A stretch of DNA of 47,867 nt, taken from contig JAPWUQ010000002.1 of NCBI GenBank assembly GCA_028275445.1, positions 1 through 47,867 on the forward strand, written 5' to 3'. Shown here piece after piece: positions 1-7,096 of the stretch; position 1 is the first letter of the stretch, and each line of letters opens with the position of its first letter. This DNA is from Anaerolineae bacterium (GTDB lineage Bacteria; Chloroflexota; Anaerolineae; JACIWP01). The notes below the pieces were generated by a model. That model saw only the letters and a list, made by a program, of their open reading frames with translations, did no database searches and was not told the DNA's origin. Position numbers and translations under genes: made by a program.

Positions 1-2
1 AT

Positions 3-143
3 CAGATCACGGAGCCGATCCTGTCGCCCATCCGCCGGGTGGTGCCCCTGATCGGGATGCTGGACATCAGCCCGATTATCGCCATCATCTTGCTGGAGCT
101 CCTCCGCAACCTGCTGATCTCTGTCATCGCCAGCGTGCTCTGA
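3..143 (+). CDS. YggT/Ycf19-family membrane protein, C-terminal fragment (5' end outside window)
   Basis: Frame-3 translation QITEPILSPIRRVVPLIGMLDISPIIAIILLELLRNLLISVIASVL ends at TGA 141-143. The P-[IL]-R-R-x-[IV]-P...DxSP[IL] pattern is typical of YggT. It is absent from the ORF track because it has no start codon in the window. Confidence 0.6.
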   Translation, partial: QITEPILSPIRRVVPLIGMLDISPIIAIILLELLRNLLISVIASVL

Positions 144-228
144 CGCCGGCACAGGAACTTCTTCTCCGCCGCCAGCGTCTCCCATATGCAGTGTACCAGG
201 GAACACCTGGTTGTCAGGAGGGAATCCG

Positions 229-924
229 ATGGGCAAGATGACAAGATGGTGGATCGCTGGCCTGGCGGCGGTGCTGGTGCTGGCCGGCTGTGCCGCGCCG
301 CAGGCGGCGCCGGCCACGAAACAGTTGGAAACTGCGCCGGCCGGCACAGGAACGCCCACGATAGAGGAGACAGTGAAATTCCAGCAAGAGGCTGTGGCAG
401 ACCTGGCCCAGCGCCTCCAGCTTGCGCCGGAGGATATTACCGTCGAGTCTTCCGCCGTCGTCGAACTGACCCCCGATGACCTGCGCTGTCCGGGCGCCGG
501 CGAGCTGGATAAGACCCTGCCGGCGCAGGTCATGGGCCAGGAAATCGTGCTGAAAAGCGGCGACCAGCGCTACCTGTACCGGGGCTACGGCAAGCGGGTG
601 ATCTTCTGCGGGGAACTGCCGCCGGCGGGTTCCACACCCCAGCCGGCGGGGGGAGAAGAGGCCGTGAAGTCGCTGGACGAGCAGGGTCAGCGCATGCTGG
701 AGCAGGCGCGGCAGGAGCTGGCCGGCAAGCTCGGGGTCAGCCCGGCGCGCATCCAGGTGATCAAGGCGGAACCTGTCCTCTGGCCGGACACCAGCCTGGG
801 CTGTCCTCAGCCCGGCATGATGTACGCACAGGTGGTTACCCCGGGCTATCAATTCATCCTGGAGTACGAGGGCAAGCAGTACGACTACCACGCCGGCCGC
901 GGCCATCTGGTCCTGTGTGAGTGA
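229..924 (+). CDS. Secreted lipoprotein with two tandem copies of a roughly 85-aa Cys-containing domain (function unknown)
   Basis: AGGAGGGA (216-223) lies 5 nt before ATG 229. The N-terminus MGKMTRWWIAGLAAVLVLAGC has a lipobox (LAGC). An internal duplication shows the pattern ...P..I.V......PD.L.CP..G...Q...G....L.....Y.Y......C.E twice. Stop TGA is at 922-924. Confidence 0.7.
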   Translation: MGKMTRWWIAGLAAVLVLAGCAAPQAAPATKQLETAPAGTGTPTIEETVKFQQEAVADLAQRLQLAPEDITVESSAVVELTPDDLRCPGAGELDKTLPAQVMGQEIVLKSGDQRYLYRGYGKRVIFCGELPPAGSTPQPAGGEEAVKSLDEQGQRMLEQARQELAGKLGVSPARIQVIKAEPVLWPDTSLGCPQPGMMYAQVVTPGYQFILEYEGKQYDYHAGRGHLVLCE

Positions 925-947
925 CCGCGTTTACCTCAATGGATAAC

Positions 948-981
948 AACAAGGCCAGGGAGGACATTCCCTGGCCTTGTT
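948..981. terminator. Bidirectional stem-loop between convergent genes
   Basis: Perfect 14-bp inverted repeat: aacaaggccaggga (948-961), 6-nt loop, tccctggccttgtt (968-981). It sits between the stop of the + gene (924) and the stop of the - gene (1006), with T-rich flanks on the + side (ggtttc). Confidence 0.6.
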
Positions 982-1005
982 GGTTTCAGCGGCTTGTGTC
1001 AGTGC

Positions 1006-1584
1006 TTATTTGCCCCACTTTCGTCGGGCGAAGACGGCCAGGCCGGCCAGTCCCGACGCCAGCAGAGCCAGCGTGCCGGCCTCCGGAATCTCCGGCGGCA
1101 GGGTCACGCTCACCTGCCCATCGCTCACCGTCGCCGGAATCTGCGCCCCCTCGGAGTTCACCAGGATGGCATTGGTGATATCCACGGCCGAGGAGCCGTC
1201 CTTGAGGGTGTCGAAGCGGACGGTGAAGAGGGTGCCGGAACCGCTGACGGCCGGCGCCGGCGCCAGCAGGGTCACCGCATAGTCAATGGTGCCGGCGGTG
1301 TTGTCGTGATGGGAGATGACACTGCTGTGGGCCGGGTCCAGCAGGTCGCCGGAAGTCACCGAGGCCACCTTGAGCACGGTGGGATCAAAGTGGATGTGCA
1401 CTTCGGCGCCGTACAGGCCCGTGACGTTGTTGATGCGGATGGCCACCTGCGCCGGCTGGCCCATCTCCACGCTTTGCGTGGCCGGGGAGACCACGACAGA
1501 GGCGCCGGCCTGCGCATAGGCATAGGCCACCAGCCCCAACAGAGCCGCAATCGTTATGATCATTGCCAAACTAATTCGTTTCAC
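1006..1584 (-). CDS. Cohesin-domain surface protein with PEP-CTERM-like C-terminal sorting signal
   Basis: GTG 1584 is preceded by AAGGAGA at about 9-nt spacing. Signal peptide is VKRISLAMIITIAALLGLVAYAYAQA. The cohesin-like module (LYGAEVHIHFDPTVLKV...GTIDYAVTLLAPAPAVSGSGTLFTVRF) is paralogous to the cohesin module in the adjacent protease. The C-terminus is PEIPEAGTLALLASGLAGLAVFARRKWGK (PE-x, hydrophobic helix, RRK). Confidence 0.8.
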   Translation of the reverse strand: MKRISLAMIITIAALLGLVAYAYAQAGASVVVSPATQSVEMGQPAQVAIRINNVTGLYGAEVHIHFDPTVLKVASVTSGDLLDPAHSSVISHHDNTAGTIDYAVTLLAPAPAVSGSGTLFTVRFDTLKDGSSAVDITNAILVNSEGAQIPATVSDGQVSVTLPPEIPEAGTLALLASGLAGLAVFARRKWGK

Positions 1585-1648
1585 GCTTCTCGCTCTCCTT
1601 TCCGCCGGGATGTCCGCATGGCTGTGCATATACCGAGACCTACCCGGC

Positions 1649-1677
1649 AGTGTACCGAATGTGCCGATTTCTGTCAA
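1649..1677 (-). promoter_or_regulatory. Sigma-70-type promoter for the cohesin/PEP-CTERM gene
   Basis: The minus strand reads TTGACA (1677-1672), a 17-nt spacer, then TACACT (1654-1649). This is about 60 nt upstream of GTG 1584. Confidence 0.5.
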
Positions 1678-1706
1678 GCTCCCCTATCCCTCGGGTCGGG
1701 GAGAGG

Positions 1707-1736
1707 CCCAGGGAGGGGAGTTCTCCCCTCCCTGGG
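1707..1736 (-). terminator. GC-rich hairpin just downstream of the protease stop (possible terminator or processing site)
   Basis: Perfect palindrome cccagggaggggag-tt-ctcccctccctggg lies 11 nt after the stop at 1748. No clear U-tract follows on the minus strand, hence low confidence. Confidence 0.35.
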
Positions 1737-1747
1737 CGCTACAGGGT

Positions 1748-4700
1748 TCACTGCCAAGGTGTCGGTGAGGTCGCGCCAAAGTTCGCGCCCACCAGCACCA
1801 GGTCGAAGATGTTGACCGTGCCGTCGCCGTTCAGGTCTGCCCGCGGGTCGCTGGGCGGCGTGGTCCCGAAGGCGCTTCCGACGATGGCCAGGTCCTGGGC
1901 GTTGATGATGCCGTCGTTGTTGACGTCACCACCGCGCAGTTTGCCCGTGGGGACGGTGACCTGCTGTTCGGGCAGGACGTTCACCTGCACCGCGGCATCC
2001 AGGTAGCCGTCGAAGGAGGCGGTGAGGGTGCGGGTGCCCATGGGCACGTCGGTGATGACGAAGTTGCCGGCGGGATCGGTGACCGTGGCGGTGATGCCGT
2101 CAATGGTCAGCACCACACCTCTGGCGTCACTGCGCCCCTGCAGGGTGATGCGGCCGGCGACCGTGCCCAGGTTCGTCAGCACAGTGAAGGCACCATCGTG
2201 CAGCCAGACCGGCTGGGCATGGCCCTCCGCATCGGAGAAGGTGGCGCCGGTGAACGCGACCTCCGAAGTGCCGACGCCCACGCCCTCGAACTCGATGGTG
2301 ACCAGGGTGCCATCGCCGTTGACCGGCGCGGCCGGCGCCAGCAGGGTGATGGCGATGTCAATCTTGCCCAGGGAGTTGTCGAAGTTCAGCAGTGCCGTGC
2401 TACTGCCGGCCGGCAGGAGATCGCCCTGGGTGATCGACTTCACATGCACCACGCGAGGATCGAAGGTCAGGTGCGCTTCGGCGGCATAGAGGTTCTCGGC
2501 GCCGGTGACCTCCAGGTCCACGGACTGGGTCTCGCTGACGCGGAACTGGGCGCTGGCCGGCATGACGGCCATGCTGGTCTTCGGCGTCTTAAAGGTGACG
2601 GGGATGGCCACGGCGCCTGGCGCCACGGAGGGGCCGAGCAGTACCATGCCGTAGGCCTCCATGCCCGGCTCGATGGACGGCACGTTCCAGGCCAGGTTGA
2701 AGGAGATGGGTGTGTGGGCCGGGAACGGTCCGACGGGCGCCGCCGGCACGGAGAGATCGCGTCCCTGGACGGCGTTGACCGTCATGTCAAAGACGTCGCT
2801 GGCGCCCGAGATGCCCCAGCCGTGCACCTGGATGCGGTACGCGCCGTCGGGCGGGAAGTTGATGGTCACCCGCTCCTGGTCGGTGGGCGTGGTGGAGGAG
2901 CCGACCCGCTCGCCAGGGCACTCGAAGACACCGTCATGGTTGGCATCATAGTAGACGTACAGGTCAATGTCACTGCCGTGGGCGGTGTTCTCCGTCCAGA
3001 CGTCCAGCAGAGCGCCGTGTTCGATGGTCAGGTCATGGGTGAAGCTGGCGCTGCAGGGATCGTCCGGGTTGTCCTGGCTGATGGGCTGTTCGGTCAATAC
3101 CTCCGGCACGCTCAGGCCAAAGCCATCCACCGACAGGTCTGCCAGGTTCAGGGAGGAGACGACCTCGATGGGCAGGCTTCCCGTTGCCTGGGTGGTGAAG
3201 ATCTCGATGGGCGACGGCTGGGCGCGGATGGTGCCCACCTGGCCGGCGATGGCCTCGCTGACGTCCTTGCCGGCGAAGATGACGGTGTGCAGGAGCACCG
3301 CGTTCAGGCCGGCGCGGCCCTCGGCAGAGACGATCTCATGCTGGGCACCGGTGGCGGTGTTGAACACCCAGGTGCCGGCGCCGATGTTGGTATTGGTACT
3401 GCGCCCAGTGTAGTCCAGAGTGTACGGGCCGTAATAGTCCGGCTGGTACCAGCGATCCTCCGGGTCGGAGGTGAACTGGTCGGGCGCAGGGCCGAGCACG
3501 ATGGTGTCCACGTCGGTGGGCACGTTGTCCCAGCGGGTGTCCACCAGGAAGTTGGTGCCGGCCGGCAGGTCATCGGGCACGTCGAAGAAGTAGAAGCGCC
3601 AATCGCCGGTCTCAGCGCGCCAGCCCTGGTCCATGGCACCGAAGATGCGCCCGTTGTCATACGGATGGACCGAAGCCGGCGGCCCGCCGAAGACGAAGTT
3701 CGGCGAGGGAGCCGCTACGTTGAAGACCACGGGGATGGTGGTGACATGCGGCTCATGCGCACCGTCGCCGGGGTCGGAGACCAGGATAGCGCCCTCGTAG
3801 AAGCCGACGGGCATATCGGCGGGGATGCGCACGGTGGCGGTGAATGCCGCCTCGCCGCCGGCGGGCACGTGCACCTCGATCTCGGGGGCACCCTCTTCGC
3901 CGAGGCCCAGCACATCCCACGGCATATGGCGGTAGAACTCGACGCGGAACTTGAGATGGGTGACCGGCACGCTGGCATTGCGCCGGCTGTGCTGGAGACC
4001 CAGCCAGATGCCGTCATGCATGCGTTCCAGCGGCTTGTGGATGGTCACCATCTCGGTCGGGGAAGCGCTGTGCAGGTAGGCAAAACGCATGTACTCGCCG
4101 CCGTCCACCTCACAGCCGGCACTGCCCCAGCCGCCCGGACAGTTCACCGTGCCGTTGCCGTTGAGGTCGGTCCAGAGGTTCCCATCCCCGTTGACATCGG
4201 TCCAGTCATAGATCACCATGCGCCAGATCTGGTTGGTCTGGGCGTTGTAATCCCCTTCGGGGTCGAACTCATCCCACGGCATCGCCATGCGGATGATCAT
4301 CAGGTCGGTACCCTCGGGGACGTCCGCGCTCAGATCGCGCAGGAGGTAGTTCGGGCGGTTGAAGTTGTAGGCATCCTCTTGACCCATCGGCGAGGATGTC
4401 CATTCGAAGCTCATCTCGCCGATCTTGACCAGCGTATCGGACGAGACAGTGGCATGGACATCAGCAGTGCCGGGGTTGGTCAGGGTGAACTCGCCCGTGT
4501 AGGTCTTGCCGGGGAAGACGACCTTGGCGAAACCGGGGAAGATGTCGCCGCGATAATCGCCGACCGTCCAGTTATCGGGGGTGGCGAAGACGCCGTACAG
4601 CCCGCCGGCCAGGTCGGTGGCGCGATCGGCGTTCACGCGGCCGGCGCCCTGTATCACCACATCGTTATCGGTAGTGGTGGCGCCGGACATGAAGATCGCG

Positions 4701-6667
4701 CGGGCCTCCGCCCAGGTCGGCAGCCGGCCGTGTGCCTTCAGGAAGGCATCATAGACCAGGGCCAGGTTGCCGGCGGCAACGGGGGTCGCCCGGCTGGTGC
4801 CGCCCCAGGTCTCCCAGGCCGTCCAACCCTCACCCCACTCGTTCAGCGGGATGTCGCCCGAGGCATAGGCGCCGCTGGCCACCACCTTCACGCCCACATT
4901 GCCCTGTGCGCTCGGGCCGCGGCCGGACCACGGCGTGACATCGCCGTAGGTGATCTGATCCATAGTGGTGGCCGAGTCCCAGCCGGTGGAGCCCATCTGG
5001 GTGGAGGCGCCGACGCCGATGAAGGAGTCATCCTCCGGCGAGGTAATGGTGCCGTAGCCCGGAGCGCCGTTGCCAGTGGCCACCAGGACGCTCATGGTGG
5101 GGTTGTACAGGCGCTGGCGGGTGGACATCATGCGGGATTCGTAATCCCAGCCGTCGTTGTCGGTGGCGGAGTTCCCCCAGCTATTGCTGGCGATGTGGAC
5201 CTCATCGCCGGTGCGCACGCGGCCGTCCAGGCCGTACACCATGCAGAGATACATGTCGTAGGTCGAGTCGCCGTAGGTGTAGAAGTCGCCGGCGCCGACC
5301 AGCGCCACATCACGGCCGCCGCCCACCACCATGCCGGTGAATGGGGTGCCGTCGCCGGCCGGCTTGTACGGCGGCGCGCCGCCGTCAATGACGCCCTGGC
5401 CGGCCACCGCTGAGGCGCACAGGGTGCCGTGATCGCCGGCGCCCGAGTGGGTGGGGTCGTTCAGGAAGAAGGCCACCAGACTGCCGGCGGGATCCGGCTC
5501 GAAGCCCCACAGCCAGCCGAAGGGCACGGTATGCTCGCCGTCGGCGATCCAGTAGACCAGGCCGCCGGAGACATCCGCAAAGCCATCGCCGTCCAGGTCC
5601 CGATACGAGACCGGGTCTTCCTTGGTGCACGGCTTCTCGTTGGTGAAGTCGTAGTCGTCGTCCAGGTCCACGTATACCGTGTCGTAGACGCCCGGCTCAT
5701 GCTCGTCCACCAGCAGGACGGCGACGCGCTCCCCCCACCACCACTGCCGCAGGGAATCATCGGGATGGGAGCCGATGCGGTAGACCCCGCTCAGGCTGGT
5801 GCCGGTCAGGGTATAGGTGTGCGGCTCGGAGGCGCCGATGGGCTGATAGGTGGGGTCCTCCTCGGTGATGGTCTTGGTGGTATCCACGTACCAGGTCATG
5901 CCGCTGGCGACGTAGTCATAGCCCAGGTAATAGTCATAGGCCTTGAGGAGGAGGGAATAGGTGTCGATCATGATGGGCCAGCCCTCGTAGTCGCCGAAGG
6001 GCTGTACCGCCCAGGTGCCCATCAGGTCCGGGTGGGCGAAGTCAATGCCGGAGTCCACCACGGCCACGCGGATGCCCTCGCCGGTGAATCCCTTCTCCCA
6101 GGCGGCTTTGGACTTGTGGTTGTCCAGGATGTCGTGCCAGCCGGCCGCGCCCACGCCACTGCCCTCGGGTTTGGCCTTGGTCTTGCCGGCGGCGATCTCC
6201 GCCAGTTTGGCCTGCACCGCCTCGCGCCCCAGCGGCTTGGCCGGCGCATCCGGGTCGCGATAGAGCGGCGGCTCCACTACCGGCTCAAAGGGGAGGATGA
6301 CATTCACCGCCGGATTGTTGGCCAGTTTGGGGAGCACGCCGGCCTTGACGTAGCCGTACACGGTGGTGAAGCCATCATCGGAGAAGGGGCGGATCAGGGG
6401 CTCGCGCAGATAGCGGGTGATATCCACGCCGTTCTTGACCCGCAGGATGATGTGGAACTCCTCATCGGCCGCGGCAGTGGCCAGTCGAGCCCGCAGTTTG
6501 GGATGCACCTTGGCCATGCCGGCGTCCGAGGCGCTGACCGCGCTCACTGCGCCATCAGACGCTGTGGGCGCGGATGCCGGCCCTGCCGCCGAGGGGACAG
6601 CGGAAAGAGGGATCAACAGTGCGAACAGCGCCAGGATACATAGCCATCGCCATACACTTCGTCTCAT
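1748..6667 (-). CDS. Giant secreted S8 (subtilisin-like, TPPII-like) serine protease with C-terminal cohesin, CarboxypepD_reg-like and dockerin modules
   Basis: ATG 6667 is preceded by AAGGAG at about 10-nt spacing. Signal peptide is MRRSVWRWLCILALFALLIPLSAVPSAAG, followed by an I9-like propeptide. The catalytic triad motifs are VAVVDSGIDF (Asp), GDHGTLCASAVAG (His) and GGTSRATPVAAG (Ser), with Asn in IASNSWG. There are about 208 residues between Asp and His by my count. Cohesin-like module is at nt 2180-2572 and a CarboxypepD_reg-like module at nt 1931-2179. The dockerin duplicated Ca-binding repeat (GDVNNDGIINAQDL...ADLNGDGTVNIFDL) is at nt 1751-1930. Confidence 0.9.
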   Translation of the reverse strand: MRRSVWRWLCILALFALLIPLSAVPSAAGPASAPTASDGAVSAVSASDAGMAKVHPKLRARLATAAADEEFHIILRVKNGVDITRYLREPLIRPFSDDGFTTVYGYVKAGVLPKLANNPAVNVILPFEPVVEPPLYRDPDAPAKPLGREAVQAKLAEIAAGKTKAKPEGSGVGAAGWHDILDNHKSKAAWEKGFTGEGIRVAVVDSGIDFAHPDLMGTWAVQPFGDYEGWPIMIDTYSLLLKAYDYYLGYDYVASGMTWYVDTTKTITEEDPTYQPIGASEPHTYTLTGTSLSGVYRIGSHPDDSLRQWWWGERVAVLLVDEHEPGVYDTVYVDLDDDYDFTNEKPCTKEDPVSYRDLDGDGFADVSGGLVYWIADGEHTVPFGWLWGFEPDPAGSLVAFFLNDPTHSGAGDHGTLCASAVAGQGVIDGGAPPYKPAGDGTPFTGMVVGGGRDVALVGAGDFYTYGDSTYDMYLCMVYGLDGRVRTGDEVHIASNSWGNSATDNDGWDYESRMMSTRQRLYNPTMSVLVATGNGAPGYGTITSPEDDSFIGVGASTQMGSTGWDSATTMDQITYGDVTPWSGRGPSAQGNVGVKVVASGAYASGDIPLNEWGEGWTAWETWGGTSRATPVAAGNLALVYDAFLKAHGRLPTWAEARAIFMSGATTTDNDVVIQGAGRVNADRATDLAGGLYGVFATPDNWTVGDYRGDIFPGFAKVVFPGKTYTGEFTLTNPGTADVHATVSSDTLVKIGEMSFEWTSSPMGQEDAYNFNRPNYLLRDLSADVPEGTDLMIIRMAMPWDEFDPEGDYNAQTNQIWRMVIYDWTDVNGDGNLWTDLNGNGTVNCPGGWGSAGCEVDGGEYMRFAYLHSASPTEMVTIHKPLERMHDGIWLGLQHSRRNASVPVTHLKFRVEFYRHMPWDVLGLGEEGAPEIEVHVPAGGEAAFTATVRIPADMPVGFYEGAILVSDPGDGAHEPHVTTIPVVFNVAAPSPNFVFGGPPASVHPYDNGRIFGAMDQGWRAETGDWRFYFFDVPDDLPAGTNFLVDTRWDNVPTDVDTIVLGPAPDQFTSDPEDRWYQPDYYGPYTLDYTGRSTNTNIGAGTWVFNTATGAQHEIVSAEGRAGLNAVLLHTVIFAGKDVSEAIAGQVGTIRAQPSPIEIFTTQATGSLPIEVVSSLNLADLSVDGFGLSVPEVLTEQPISQDNPDDPCSASFTHDLTIEHGALLDVWTENTAHGSDIDLYVYYDANHDGVFECPGERVGSSTTPTDQERVTINFPPDGAYRIQVHGWGISGASDVFDMTVNAVQGRDLSVPAAPVGPFPAHTPISFNLAWNVPSIEPGMEAYGMVLLGPSVAPGAVAIPVTFKTPKTSMAVMPASAQFRVSETQSVDLEVTGAENLYAAEAHLTFDPRVVHVKSITQGDLLPAGSSTALLNFDNSLGKIDIAITLLAPAAPVNGDGTLVTIEFEGVGVGTSEVAFTGATFSDAEGHAQPVWLHDGAFTVLTNLGTVAGRITLQGRSDARGVVLTIDGITATVTDPAGNFVITDVPMGTRTLTASFDGYLDAAVQVNVLPEQQVTVPTGKLRGGDVNNDGIINAQDLAIVGSAFGTTPPSDPRADLNGDGTVNIFDLVLVGANFGATSPTPWQ

Positions 6668-7005
6668 GTCGTTCCTGCTCCTTTCATGCATGAACAATGC
6701 AGAGATTCGGGGGAACAGACAGCGGGCGCGTTTCAGCCTTCCACATCACCTCCTTTCCAGGTTGCGGGGAACATAAGAGACCAACATCGGCTCCTCAACT
6801 TGTGATTGGGCTACTGATCAGGAAATATCACCGCGCCCTCGGAAGGGCGAAAAGGCACAAAAATGGGTCCGGTATCTGCTTGTCAGCGATTCGCCAATTA
6901 CCGCAGTGTGGTCGAGAATCCCACCCCCGAACTCCAGCGGGACCGCAAGACTGCACTTCCGTTGCAGGACAGCGTGTGATGAGGAAAGGCATGTGTTCAA
7001 ATGTT

Positions 7006-7034
7006 ATTATAGCCATATTCGCGGGAAAAGTCAA
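7006..7034 (-). promoter_or_regulatory. Sigma-70-type promoter upstream of the protease gene (long leader)
   Basis: The minus strand reads TTGACT (7034-7029), a 17-nt spacer, then TATAAT (7011-7006). The predicted start near 6998 gives a leader of about 330 nt before ATG 6667. Confidence 0.55.
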
Positions 7035-7096
7035 CGCCAATTTGGCGGGGATGCGAAAGCTGAAACCCCGGGAATGGGTGTGCAAGTGATGAAGGC

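Noticed and set aside
2198-5413. 1071-aa + strand ORF antisense to the S8 protease gene
   Set aside because: Its composition is dominated by Gly/Arg/Ala/His/Asp runs with no recognisable motifs. It lies entirely opposite a gene with clear catalytic motifs and domain structure. This is a typical stop-poor shadow frame in GC-rich DNA.
6744-6757. + strand string atcacctcctttcc, containing the 16S rRNA 3' terminus atcacctcctttc
   Set aside because: It is an isolated 14-mer with no flanking rRNA-like sequence. It is simply the complement of a strong Shine-Dalgarno sequence on the minus-strand leader.
6907-6936. tRNA/tmRNA-like T-arm impression (gtgg-tcgagaatc-ccac followed by ccccgaactcca) on the + strand
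   Set aside because: The loop is 9 nt rather than 7 and lacks the TTCGAAT/TTCRANY pattern. No complementary acceptor 5' strand (ttcgggg) occurs 60-75 nt upstream, and no D or anticodon arms could be built.
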